Assembly (NCBI GenBank): GCA_034780895.1
Contig: JAUZTB010000127.1
Location: 70,867,992-70,931,991, forward strand
Direction of reading: 5' to 3'
DNA: 64,000 nucleotides
Source of the DNA: Rhynchobatus australiae
Taxonomy: Eukaryota
Shown here: one piece after another, positions 26,590 through 39,480 of the stretch
Numbering within the stretch: position 1 is the stretch's first letter
Layout of the letters: every line of letters begins with the position of its first letter
Made by a program: the position numbers and the translations under genes
Notes under the pieces: model-generated
What the model saw: only the letters and a program-made list of their open reading frames with translations
What the model was told of the DNA's origin: nothing
Database searches by the model: none

Positions 26590-27125
26590 AATGTTTGCCG
26601 CCTCATCTTTTAACAAAGATTCTACTATCTTTCCTATCCCTGNNNNNNNNNNNNNNNNNNNNNNNNNNNNNNNNNNNNNNNNNNNNNNNNNNNNNNNNNN
26701 NNNNNNNNNNNNNNNNNNNNNNNNNNNNNNNNNNNNNNNNNNCTCACTGTTTCTTAATGATAGCTTCAAGCATTTTCCCAACTACAGACACTAAGCTAAC
26801 TGGCCTATAGTTACCCATCTTTTGCCTATATTCTTTTTTAAACCATGCTGTGACATTCACTGTCTTCCAATCTGCTGGGATCTGCCCAGAGTCCAAAGAG
26901 AATGTTGGTAAATTATCACAAGCTTCTATTATAACTTCCACCATCTCTTTCAGTACCCTGGAATGCATCCCATCAGGACCAGGGGACTTATCTACCTTTA
27001 GGCCCACTAGTTTGCTCATCACAGCCTCTAATAACAGCAATTGTATAGTGCTCCTCACCTCCCATTGCATCAATAACTTCTTTGGCATATTAGACATGTC
27101 CTCCACCATGAGGACTGACAAAATT
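26590..27125 (-). mobile_element. CR1 LINE ORF2 fragment
   Basis: ORF 26744-27121(-): KLVGLKVDKSPGPDGMHSRVLKEM..SLDSGQIPADWKTVNVT..FKK..RQKMGNYRPVSLVSVVGKMLEAIIK. Confidence 0.9.
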
Positions 27126-27733
27126 CAAGGCCTCTGCTATTTCCACATTAATATCTTAGAGAATTCATGGGAGTCTCGCCATCTGGACATGGGTTTCATT
27201 CTCTTCAATTTAGTTAATTTACCAACTCTCTCATTTCTTCTTATTTTAATATCTCAATTTCTACTGTTATAGCATCAGAAAAGGTTGAAGTAACCTCTCT
27301 TTTTGGCATTCCTGCAATTTCGCTATTGTCTCCAAATATTCATCTTGTTTCTTTTTAATCCTTTTGGGGCTCCATATAAATCTTAATCATCCTTTTTGTG
27401 ACGCAAATGTTTTACGTCTTTTTTTTACAGCTTAATGTTTGCTCCTTGCCTTCCCTATTATCAATTCAAATAAAAATCGTTGTTATCAAAACAAGTAAAA
27501 ATCAGAAGATGTAAAATGGACTGGTGATTAACAATCACCCATTTTACACCACTGCACAAAAATTAACCCCATTTAATGTTTCACTAATATACCCATTAGA
27601 ATTTACCTATGTCATACAATTATAGTGAAATATCTCATGGCAACAGTCCTTACAGGATTGAGCTGTCACCCTAGAAACAATGTGACTATTTTTGTTATTA
27701 AGAAACTTTACTTATTTAATTAATCTTATCTGA

Positions 27734-27886
<153 letters not shown>

Positions 27887-29137
27887 TAATCATTTGTTTG
27901 TTTAGCCAGTTAACAACAAAAATTTGCATTTATACAAATCATTTTTCATCTCCAACAATCAGGTTTCTTGGAATAGGGGCTAAGCTACCTAACCTCACAC
28001 AATCTCTCTAATTTTCTGAAAGACATCAATGACTTTAATCTGGACTGCTAAACCTTTGAAATCTTCAGCAGCTTTTAAACACCAAGACAAGATATTTGTT
28101 CTAAGTAATATCATAAAACATTTTATCCACTGGGTTATTCAATTTGGTGAAAATGTTGTAGCGAGTTAAATATGGGAAACCATGTAAACTATGGCAGCAG
28201 AATCTGGTGATAACATTAATGTTATCTTAAAAGTTTTCTGTCATTTTCCAATACAGTACAGAGTATAAATGCTAATGAAAATGTAAACAAACATTTGAAC
28301 GTTAAGGTACTATTAATTATATTGCACGTAAAAGCTTGTATTCTTCACTGTCAATTGTAGGATAGGAATCAGCTCTAATTCTGAACTAAAATTAACTACA
28401 TGGCTGAAATAATAATAGGTACTAACAGTGGAATTATTTTTTAAAAACTGATAAGGCTACCTCAGTGTTTCACTGTCTTGGGATGGCTTGTGTTCTAGCT
28501 GATTAGTTTGACATAAACTCTGAACTACCCCAGGGAGCATGACAGAAGCAATTACCTTGATCTCACAAAGAGATCTTATGTGTTTGGCTTCAGATTCACA
28601 AGGGGTGTTGTGACTGAGTTGTGTTTAAGTGGTACGCCAAGAACTATCTGCAGGGGCAGTCAGCTGATGGCACTATGCTTGAGTTAAAGTGAGATCACAA
28701 TTACCTTTGGATTCTCTGCTACTCCTAGTTTCCAATCACCTACAGGAGATACTGTGTGCCATTCACTGGTGCATTAAAATATCATTTACAAATAATTTCC
28801 CTATAGAAGTCCATCAAGTTCAGTAATAACTAGTAGCCTTGTGTTTAAAAAAGAATGCTATTGTTTTCAGAGGGCTATCTTTCTCAAGGTATTGGGTTGC
28901 CATTGACCATGCATATGTAGCTATCTACGCAACTAAAGGTAATCCTGCAATATCCAATAAAGAGCTTCAATTTCATCAATGTGGTAATTATATTCAACAT
29001 TCAGCAAGAGGTTATGGCTCTCTCTATATACTTTCTACAGAGCATGCATGATATACATCCAAGCAAAGATTTAAAGGAAATCCAATATCTCTAATTGCTT
29101 CAAAACATACGGATGCTGAGCAATATTAGAAAATGGT

Positions 29138-29375
29138 AAACAAAAATCAAACTGCTAGAGCAACTCAGCAGGTCAGGCAGCATCCATACAGGGAAATGGA
29201 GAGTCGATGTTNNNNNNNNNNNNNNNNNNNNNNNNNNNNNAGAATAAAGATTCTACTCTTGACCTGAAACATTAATTGTCCATTTCCTTCCACAGATATT
29301 GCCTGACCTGCTGAGTTCCTTCAGCAGTTTGTTTTTTGCTCTGGATCCCAACATCTGCAATCTATTGTTTCTCCA
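29138..29375. repeat. Penelope-terminus-derived inverted repeat (hairpin)
   Basis: Arm aaactgctagagcaactcagcaggtcaggcagcat..gggaaatggagagtcgatgtt pairs with aacattaattgtccatttcc..gcctgacctgctgagttccttcagcagttt. Confidence 0.8.
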
Positions 29376-30639
29376 TTCGAAAATGATAAAGCAAATGGTG
29401 ATCAATTCAAACATCTGAAACCCGGTTTGGCACTACACTCGTTTTCTCAGTATCCTTGTTAAAATAACTACATCATTTTACTTAGTTTTAGAAATGTGAA
29501 CTAAATATTTGGAACATGACATACGCACCCTACTGTACATACATTGTGCACCACTACCAATGCAATGATGCTATTTAAGGAAATATTTGAAGTATTTAGA
29601 CAATGGTTCAGCTGTCTGGATTGTTCAGAGAACAGTTACGTCCTGTTACAAGACAAATAGTGATGCTACACTGTAGGCAATTAGTATGGACAAAAACATT
29701 GAGATTATATGAAGGGAAGCAATCATCCATGAAAGGAAACAGAAATAAAGTCATGAAACTGAAGTAAATGAGGGCTCACACAAATGGAGAGATCATGGCA
29801 CCATTTCTTTTATAGAATCTTCTAGGGGGATTCATATTGAAATATGTGCCTTACATAGCACATTTGTACAGTTGATTACTTACTGGATCCAGAGACAGAG
29901 TTAGAGCACAGTAAAGTAAGGACTATGGAAAATATAGATTGTGCACTGTAAGAAGTCAAACATTTTTACCAGCCAACTTTAAACACAACCAATGCAAAAT
30001 AGGTTAAACATAATGACCACAAAAATTACATCACCTTATTCAGGCCCATTCAGATGCTGTTTATAAATACTAAAAATTCACACACACTAGCACCATTATT
30101 ACTGATGGGAAAGCAGTTTAAGAAGTCTGGCAAAGGTGACATTTGGACAACCATGGCTTCCATTTTATCTGCTGCACATTTTGTGAAATACTGGCTTTCA
30201 GCCATATTACACAGCAGCTTTAGGATTTCTGCACATGTATGGTTTAAAACAGAGATCTAGAAATTGTTGCCAGTGATTCAGTCTTCTCCAATGGAATGAA
30301 TAAAAATCAGTTAAATTGACTTAAAATGATATATTTACATTCTAATCCTGCTGTCAAGTACCTTGAAAATGTTGTGTTTTATTTTATGAAGTCTACATGA
30401 GTTTATAATGCTTTCTAGACTATCATTACTGTTTATCAAGTTCTCTGACCCAAAAAAAACTAATTTCATGCATGTTGATTGTAATGCTCACAGATAACTA
30501 TTTCAATATAGTGGATTTTAAATTATATTTTTAAATATATTTATGGTATTTCAACTTTTACCTTAATCAAATGTATATGTTCCAATCTCTGTAATGTGGA
30601 AAACACCCATAACTTCACTATCCATGGTAAAATCCATGC

Positions 30640-30890
30640 CATTTTCAATGAGATTATCCTTAATTGTTCCAAAAAAGAGAAGCCTACTCAATCTTTCCAC
30701 ATAAGGCAATCCACTTATGCCAGGAAATAATCAGGTGAACTTTCATTGAAATCCCTACAAGGCAAGTATAATATTCCTTAGGTAAGGACCGGAAAGCTGT
30801 GCACAATACTCACAGGGTGATCTCGTCAATGTCTTGGATATTGCATTGAGACCTGTGGCCATAGTATTTGGCTCTATAGCACATACTTTT
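30640..30890 (-). mobile_element. CR1 LINE fragment
   Basis: ccttaggtaaggaccggaaagctgtgcacaatactc reads EYCAQLSGPYLR on the reverse strand, like the CR1 LEYCVQFWSPYLRKD motif. Confidence 0.7.
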
Positions 30891-31399
30891 TGGAATAACA
30901 TTGATAACAATTTGTTTTCACACATGTATTTGAGGTATGAGTCACACTGGATCACCATTTTTGTGAAGGAGTTAGCCACATGCACATCCAATACCCACTG
31001 AACTTGTCTAGAATGAGCAAATAATGATATCAATCAATATGCCATGCAGATCTTATGTCAGAACTGCAATTTTGAAACTCAACACTCCTGTAAAACTCTC
31101 TTAATCTTACACAATTGAACAAACATTAGTAGCATGGAGGACTCTCACCTCCCCTTGCCAGTACTATTTAAGAAAAAGTTATCAATTCATTTCAGGTTAG
31201 TTGCCTATTTGTTTCTACTGGCTGTTGCTAAGATACCATAAGTGCTTGCTGCTTTCTAAAGTTGTTACCATTACAAAAGTCTCAGGGTATGGTGTGGCAC
31301 AGACTGAAGGACTTAGACTGAATACAAGGTCTCTGTGTAAACCAGTTACTCCAGGCAAGGATGCATTCCCCTGAGGTTACAGAGTGACTGGCAGAATGA

Positions 31400-32380
31400 G
31401 GAGAGGCATCACAGAGCAGGGAAAGCTGCTGGAAGAGGAACTGTGAGGAACAGAGATGGGCTCTCAGCAGGGAGTCCTTATCAGTTCAGCAGCTTTAGTG
31501 CGTTGTCACTTGAGACACTTGTGCTTCCGTTGGGACACTTGCACTGAAATCTTCCATCTGCTGCAGTCACAGAGCTGCAAAGGTCAACTTGCCGTTGGTT
31601 GTCCACGTGACCATGGCAATGTACCTGGATGCTTCCAGACAGGCAACAGCAAAGATCAGGCGAAGTCTCAGTTTAATATCCACTGTAAGGAGATAACTGA
31701 GGCTCTCCATTTTAAGAAAATTGACTAAATTTTATTCAACATTGGCAGAGCTCAACAGCAAAGAGACTACATGATTCACTGTGAGTGGAGAGTGCAATTA
31801 ACTGGATGCGCATCAATTTGAAGCTACCACTGGTCAACACTGCATTGAAACAAGATGAATCCTATTCCCCCTTAATGTCTGGCTGGTGTATAACCATGGG
31901 CAGTAAATCATGCAAATTATTGTCTGCTATCCTGTCTTCAGTCCTACTCCCTTTGTTCCCTTTGTTAGCTGCACATGAACCACTGTGACAAACCAAATGT
32001 GTATACTGATTGACAAGGGATATTCACTGATGACATGGCTGATGACTCTGATGAATAACTTAAATATACATGAACAGCACATATTGAAAGCCACCTTGCC
32101 ATGTGAGTAGTGAAGGAGCTATCTGTTGGCATGCCAAAACAACACTCATGCTGCCTTGAATGCTCTGGAAGAGCTCTTGCGTTCTCAGCAAAGCAAATGC
32201 CAAGACTTCTAATGATCCACTTTATAGTGCTCACATTTGCTGTTACATAGCGCACTATGAATGGACAACCCCAAACATCACCTGCCTAGGAAGGCTGAGG
32301 AGAAGCAGAAAGAGAAGGAAGTGGAGGAAGCAACCTGGATGTCCCCTTCTAACCAGGCTGTCCATGAAGGTCTCATTATT
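31400..32380 (+). mobile_element. Harbinger/PIF transposase (HARBI1-like) fossil
   Basis: Frameshifted, ordered motifs: LRHLCFRWDTCTEIFHLLQ, SQFNIHC.EITEAL, VESAINWMRI (VQGAIDCTHI), LNVWLVYNH (LNVQLVCDH), DKGYSLMTWLMTL (GDKGYPL.TWLMTP), KQHSCCLECSGRAL (KQRFRCLDRSGGAL), then an acidic tail. Confidence 0.8.
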
Positions 32381-33889
32381 AGTCCAATTGCAATAACAAC
32401 ATTCATCAATAGTCCCTCTGTTACCAACCGTTATCAGTTCAGCTTGGCCACATATGTAAAAATAATTGCCACCAAAAACTAAACATTATAAATCAAATCT
32501 ATTAATGTCATATTCTGCATAAAAATCAATTGCCCATCCTTGCCATTTCCCTCAGTATCTGCTTTCTACATTCCCTGTTCTTACCTTGTGATCGTACACA
32601 GTGTTGCCTCAGTGGCATTGTATTGTTTCAGTGAAGGTGGTTAAAATAGGGTACCTCTGGGCATAGAAGGTCTGTGTGGACATCCACCTCTGTGTAGGTG
32701 TCAGAAGTCTGTACTACCTGGCTGACAGGCAACAGCAAAGATCCGTCAGTGTAGTGTAGTTTATGGGAAGACATGGTGTTTTCCTGGCTGCTACAATGGA
32801 AGATATTATATCAGCAGCTACAGTCCATCACAGTTGGGTCCACAAGTGCATGAATGGAGTCGGCCATCACTCCATACTTGAAAGGTTAGGCTCCAACTTC
32901 TGCCCAACCCAATGTTCCTTCTCCTCAACAAGTGGGGAATGCACACTTTCAGGGACATCAAACAAACCCANNNNNNNNNNNNNNNNNNNNNNNNNNNNNN
33001 NNNNNNNNNNNNNNNNNNNNNNNNNNNNNNNNNNNNNNNNNNNNNNNNNNNNNNNNNNNNNNNNNNNNNNATTAATCTTTTTCTGTGATCTGCATCATTG
33101 AGGTGCTTATCTGCAAACTTGTCTTCAGCAGAACATGTGTACAATCTCACTCCCCAGTGATCTGTCACCTGCTCAGTCCTTACCCCTGCATTGGCTAGAA
33201 GCCATTCACACCTTGTGCCTTTAAATTACCTGCATTCTCTGTGTCTCAAATGTTGCTGTAAGAATGAGATGAACTGATAGGATGTCTTCAGCTTCATTGC
33301 GAATGTGCTCTTCCTCCTTTACCCAACCAGGTTGCAGTTTTTAGTATCTGAAGTGAAAAAACCCATAAAGGTAAAGTTTTGGTGTAGGAAGTGGTGAATG
33401 AAAGAGACATTAGCTTACAGCGTTTACACCTGTAAATCGCAAAAGATTTGAGGAGAAGGTGGGATGAGAGAATGATGATTAGGCATGAACATGCCGTCAT
33501 CATCAATGGTTGCAGCCCTTCCATCATTAGCCACAATCTCTCAGTGAGTATCCAATGATCGTCAGCAGTATTCAGCAGTTTTTCCCTGCAGGCATGCATG
33601 GCCTTTTTGGTTTATGTGTTTCTACTGCTGCTTAAATCTCATCTTGTTTGGCAGAGGTAAATAATGTTTCAGTGAATGGCATCCAATGTGTTTGGATAAG
33701 GTATCCGTAATGGTTGGAACACTGGCAATGTGGTCAGACTATGAGTTACTGTATGTTCAGCTAGAAGCAGTCCTGTGCAGGTGAAGGTGTGGTGCAACAT
33801 ATTGATTGCTAAGTATTGAGTCCTACTTGGCAGGTATTAATGATGGGCAACTAATGAATTGAAAGACGTCTGAGACTAGTTGGTAGATA

Positions 33890-34125
33890 TGGTACTTGAA
33901 TGATCTTGACCAATTGTGTGAGGTGATCAAGCTGCTTACAGTACTTGATCTGGGGCTTTGGAACTACATTCCTGGTACTGACCCCACAGTTACCTCAGCA
34001 AGCATCTGGAAGTTTTCCTGGATCCTTGTAATACAGAGCATGACTCCTACATCCATCTCTTCCACTAGGCCTTTCATCACTATATCATTTGAAAACCTTG
34101 GAATCTGCTCTCCCTGTTGTTCATT
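33890..34125 (-). mobile_element. Harbinger Myb/SANT-like (trihelix) gene fossil
   Basis: Reverse strand QQGEQIPRFSND..KGLVEEMD and VSTRNVVPKPQIKYCKQLDHLTQLVK resemble Harbinger Myb-like proteins (RAPRFSD..LE.LVEEV / VSARS..PRTW.QCRKKFNDL). Confidence 0.6.
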
Positions 34126-34389
34126 TTTCCCAGGTCAGATTTAGCTTTGGCCATCACTTGCTCTGGTCAAAATGCATTTTCATTTTAAGTGAGGCTAGAT
34201 TTAAGCAGNNNNNNNNNNCTTTAACTGGTACTGACTACTGTGACTCTGCTAAAGAATATAGCTAATGAAAAATGAGACCGGGCAAGCAGAGCACTGCGTT
34301 AATTGTAATCAGCAGACAGTCACAAAGCTCGTGTACTGCCTGCATAACACTAAAATGGGTGATCCCAAGCATCTAGTCTCCCTTGTATT

Positions 34390-34670
34390 AATTAATAAAA
34401 GGCAGGATTAATGAGGCAACTTTAAGGAGCATTTTAAGGAATAAAGAGGGATTTAGAGAGTAAAAAGAGCTATTAATAGAAAGGTAAAAACATTTAAACA
34501 TGCCTTTCAGAGCATGGCTACTAGCCACCAATAGTAGGGCAGAGTAGAGAATGTACATCGTGGATGGGTAACACAGTTCCCAAAATAACAAGGTGCCTGT
34601 CCATTAAGTAATTCTAACACAGAGGTGAAGATTTACTATTTGATATATTGGGGTACCAGTGCTCAGGTAG
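34390..34670 (-). mobile_element. L2 LINE 3' fragment
   Basis: ttttaaggaataaagagggatttag...ggcatggctactagccaccaatagt...gtaccagtgctcaggtagg resembles the L2 3' region seen at 59.0-59.6 kb. Confidence 0.45.
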
Positions 34671-34674
34671 GTAA

Positions 34675-35410
34675 GAACACAAGAACATAAGAAATAGGAT
34701 CAGGAACAGCCTATTTGGCCCCTTGAACCCTGATCGACCATTCAAAATGGCTGATCTTCTATCTCAGCATAATCTTCCTGCCCCTATCCTCACATCCTTT
34801 GATTCCTCTACTATCTAGAAACCCATTGATATCTGTATTGAATGAAATCAATGACTGAGCCTCCACAGCCTTCCTCCAAGGTAGAGGATTCCAAAGATTC
34901 ACCATCCTCCCAGTGAAGTGCTACATGGCCTAGCCTTAAATTTGCTACTGAAGCTCTAGGCTCCTTATCCAAAAGATATCCTCTCCTTGTCGCTGTCAAG
35001 CCCTCTAAGTATTGTGTAAGTTTCAAGAAGTCTCCTTATATTCTTTTAAGCTCTGGAAAATAGAGGCCTGGCCTACTCAAACTCTCCCCACCTGCAATGT
35101 TACCCTTCAGTGACTTACATGCAAGGATACCCAGGTCCCTTTGAATATCAACATTTCATAGTCTTTCACTGTTTAAGAATACTCAGCATTTCTGATTTTC
35201 TACAAAAATGGGTAATCTCACATTTTCCCACTCTCCATCCGCCATACTGTTGACCAGTCACTTAGCTTGTCTGTATCACCTTGGAGCGTCAATACATCCT
35301 CATCATTACTGACATTCCCACCAAATTTTGTGTGATCAGCAAACTTGAAAATGTTACATTTAATCCCCTTGGTTAAATCATTGATATAGTTTGTGAATGG
35401 TTGGGCCCAA
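34675..35410 (-). mobile_element. CR1 LINE 3' end to RT domain
   Basis: aagaacataagaaatagga tail; ORF 35218-35430(-) YINDLTKGIKCNIFKFADHTKFGGNVS..LQGDTDKLSDWS..W.ME. Confidence 0.85.
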
Positions 35411-36194
35411 GCAGGTGGGAGGATAAGCAAAACTTAGTGGAGTTAATATGTGGATTGTGGATTAAATAGGCAAAGGGGTATATATGCAAGGGATATATGA
35501 ATTAAAAGGTTAATACACTGGTGAAAAAAGGTTTGCGTTTGTCTTCTGTTATTCACGTGTTTTAGATTTGCTGTCAGCCTGATAATGTGTGAAGAGATCT
35601 GCAAAGTGAAAAATAAGTTAAAATCTACTGTTTGAAGGCTTGATAACATTGAAAACCTTGTGAAAGCTGATACACAGAGGAAATGGAAATAAAAGATTTC
35701 CTGAACTTCCATTTAGAGCAGATTTCATATTATACTTGTGAAAGGAGGACAAGGTCACCACAGTCAGGATATATTGTCAAAAACTAATCATTGCTGATTT
35801 GCTGTGGTGATGAGATTGCTGCCTCATTCCCCTTATAACCCCAAGCTCCCAATGTCAGACTTCCACACCTGACCCTGCTCCTCTCAATCTTCCTCATACA
35901 ACCTCATTAATGTCCCTACACAATTCTCCCAACCCAACACTTGAAGTCAGCTGTTTACACANNNNNNNNNNNNNNNNNNNNNNNNNNNNNNNNNNNNNNN
36001 NNNNNNNNNNNNNNNNNNNNNNNNNNNNNNNNNNNNNNNNNNNNNNNNNNNNNNNNNNNNNNNNNNNNNNNNNNNNNNNNNNNNNAATAGACTTGCCAAA
36101 TATGGGAAATGAAGTAACATTTGTCAATAAATAAATATATTTATTTTCCATGTGTGACAAGCCATGTTCAGAGCAGCAAGCTTTTTGGTTAATA

Positions 36195-36420
36195 ATATAA
36201 AAACAGAAAATGCTGAAATCATTCAGCAGGACAGGCACCATCTGTGGAAAGAGTTCATGTTTCAGGTCGAAGAGTGATGTGAATAGTGATGAGAATGCAA
36301 AGAGGCTTCAGGGGATACAGACAAGCTCAGTGAATGGGCAATAACATGGCAGATGGAGAGTAAAAGAATGTGAGCTATTTCAGAGATTTCCAGTGTCTGC
36401 AGTTTTGTTTGATTTTCATT
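36195..36420. repeat. Penelope-terminus palindrome with internal CR1 RT fragment
   Basis: aaaacagaaaatgctgaaatcattcagcaggacaggcaccatctgtgg..atgtttcaggtcga, then CR1-like gtgaatagtgatgagaatgcaaagaggcttcagggg..gacaagctcagtgaatgggca..tggcagatgga, then the reverse arm ttcagagatttccagtgtctgcagttttg. Confidence 0.7.
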
Positions 36421-38084
36421 TATTGTCAGTTAATAAGCTGATTTAATTAAATGTGCAATCAGTCATTGGTAGATAGGATCAACAGGGAAGACGGAAATCA
36501 AGAGTTGAGACCATTCAGGAAGGCTGACGTCAGAGGCAGATTGACTGAGGAAGATTGACACCAGGAGTAGGGTCAGGTGAGAGGGGATCTGCTAAAATCT
36601 TTCTTGGCTTTTTTTGACCATGTTTTCTTTATTTCACTATTGTATCAAATCAATTGCATCAGCTTTGCTAATTAAATTTCAGTTTTGTTGCTGGAAATAT
36701 GTGAACACAGCATTAAAAGCAAATCATGATTTCCACTATTCTGCTGTTATGGTATCTGATATTATCAATTCAATAGGATTAAAATGACTTGGGGCTGTCA
36801 TTTTTGATCACCAGATATTCAAATATTGTAATAATCATATAAGAACAGTTTTTNNNNNNNNNNNNNNNNNNNNNNNNNAAGATTCTGATTAATTAAATCT
36901 ATTTCTTTGATAGTATTCTTAGAAAAACATACATATTCCTTATACATCCATACATCTTTGTATTCCCTTTAATGAGTCTTCTGACTGAAATGCAAGAAAG
37001 CTGTAATGTCTCCTCTGTGTCTTTGATGAAGAGTGCTAAGAATTTTAAACTCACCACTTCTATGATCAAGAAATTTAGCAGGTGAATTTCAAAACAAAAA
37101 ATGGATTCAGACTAAAAGCAACAAGCTTACAAAAAACAGAATCCAACACACTAAATAATGAGAAGCTTTTGTTATGCAAGAGTACATGACCTATTACTCA
37201 GTACTGACACTTGTATGATAAAAGAGGCAGTGTTTTGACTGATGTCTGATGGCTGTGAGTGACCTTCAGAAATGAAAGAGTTGGAGACATTGATGGGAAG
37301 CACTGTGTATTTCTAAACAAATCTTTGGGAATGTTCATCAATAATTAATGGAATGAGCAATGCTGCAGTTGTACTGCTGGAACTGTAATCCAGAAGAATG
37401 CACTAATGCTCTTTTCCAACTGCAGATTTGAATTCTATTTAAAATTACGTTAGTAATTGTGAAAATGATCACAATTCTGATTTCAGTAAAAGCCCAATAT
37501 GCTCTGCAGTGGCCTTTGGGGATGAAAAATTGCTGCTATTTTCTGATTATGTGATTCCTGCTGCAAATCAACGTGGATGATTCTTAAGAATCCTCTGAAG
37601 TAGTCTTGCAAGTAGTTTGGATGGTAATGTGCCAAAGAATTACAGCAGTTCCAGAAGGAGACCCACCCCTGTCTCCTCAGGTCCACTCCAAGTGGGCAAT
37701 AACGCCCACATTCCACAAACACTCAAATCCCAAGAATGTTATTCTTAAGAAATAGAAAACAGGATTTTAATTTTTAATTACAGATGACAGGAGTAAAATT
37801 AACCAGTCCTTATTGCCCAGGCAGTCAGGTGTTCCATCAGTTCTTACTCTCTGGACTGGTACTTGACTCTAGAGTGAGTCAGCCAACTACAATTATGAGC
37901 CCTTCTGAAATAAAAATAGGCAGAGGAGAAATNNNNNNNNNNNNNNNNNNNNNNNNNNNNNNNNNNNNNNNNNNNNNNNNNNNNNNNNNNNNNNNNNNNN
38001 NNNNNNNNNNNNNNNNNNNNNNNNNNNNNNNNNNNNNNNNNTACTGCCCCTTTAAGTGATATTATCTTAGTCAAGTTTAATACA

Positions 38085-38415
38085 TTAGTAACAGTACACA
38101 GAGGGAGGTCAGTTTGCCCCTTGGGTCAATGCCAGCTCCCAGCAGATCAATCCTATCAGTTCCATCGCCACTCTCCTGTAGCCCCTGGAACTTATTCTTT
38201 CTCACATGCCGATTAATTCCATTTTGTTTCTTTTTGCCACTTACCTACATTAAGTAGTAACTCACATTAGTTAGCGAACCTTCCAGCACACCTTTGGATC
38301 TGGAAGGAAACCAGAGTACCTGGCAGAAACCCACACAGTCACAGGGAAAACATGCAAGCTTTAAACAGACAACACTAGTGTCACAATTGAAACCAGGTCC
38401 ATGGAAGTCAGGCCA
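38085..38415 (-). mobile_element. HE1-type (V-domain) tRNA SINE
   Basis: ggaaggaaaccagagtacctggcagaaacccacacagtcacagggaaaacatgcaagct is the reverse complement of the V-domain seen in the 40336 copy. Confidence 0.8.
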
Positions 38416-38479
38416 TCCATATCAGTTCACAAGAGGTATAAACAAAGAAGCACAGCCAGACCTTTCTTAGTCTATTTTC

Positions 38480-39480
38480 TGACTATTTTTTCTCTGCCTT
38501 TCAAGCTCCATTACATTTTTGCCTTCCCTTTGCAGTACTGTTTTTCTCCCTTCTGAGCCTCAGCTTCCCATCTGCTTGCCAAGCCAGTTTAAATCATTCC
38601 CAACAACACAACCAAATATGCCCATGGAGATATTAGTCCTACTGAGGAGCAATCTGTTTAGCATGTAAAGGTCCCATGTTCCCCAAAGATGGTCCCAATA
38701 CCAAAGGGTTCTAAATCCTTCTCCTCAGTACCATCTCTCTGGCCATAAATTCAGCTGCACTATCCACCTATTACTGTACTCACTGGCATCTGAAAATTAC
38801 TACTGTTGAGGTCCTGTTTCTTAATCTCTTTCTTATGTTCTTTAAATCTGCCTGCAAGATCTCACCCCTTTTCCTCCCTATGATGTAGCTACCTACATGT
38901 ACCATAACCTCCAGCTGATATTCCACTCCAAACTGTTCTGCAGCCACTCGATGACATCCACTCAGGCACCAAATTGTAATCATACTATCCTAGTATTAGA
39001 TATGTGACCACTGAAATGACTATGTATTCCAGTTACAAAATCCATCATAACCTTTCCTTTCTTGATCTTTCTCTTCCATTCAGGTATGGTTGAAACGCTC
39101 TTAATGCTAATGTCTTGGCTCTGGCTGCACTCCTCTTTGCCCATCATATTCAAGCCCAAAACTGGTTAGAGACAAAGATGGCCTGATGATCTCCTAATCT
39201 ACCTGCCTGCTCTTTTTTGTTTGTTGCAGTCACCCCTCTCAGCCTGAGCTGTGAGGCGACCAACTCCTGAAACACACTGTGCATAAAACTTTCAGCTTCA
39301 CAGATGGATCATAATGACATCAACTGTTACTCAAGCTCTAAACCTGCAGCTCCTGCTCCTCTTATTAATGACACTTCCTGCATTTCTGGTGACCAGATAA
39401 TGGAAAGCATGTTGGAGTTCCCACATGGCACAAGATGCATATTCAACAGAAAAGTGGTGCCTTGCCATGGCTATTTCTAC
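38480..39480 (-). mobile_element. CR1 LINE 5' region, ORF1 (SGNH esterase-like) fossil
   Basis: ORF 38780-38983(-) CLSG..EVMVHVGSYIIGRKRGEILQADLKNIRKRLRNRTSTVVI resembles CR1 ORF1 (CLPGA..VVVHIGTNDIGRKR.EVL..LG.KLKSRTS.VVISG). Confidence 0.75.

Noticed and set aside
31400-32380. Functional domesticated HARBI1 gene
   Set aside because: Multiple stops, frameshifts and mutated catalytic motifs; it is a transposon fossil.
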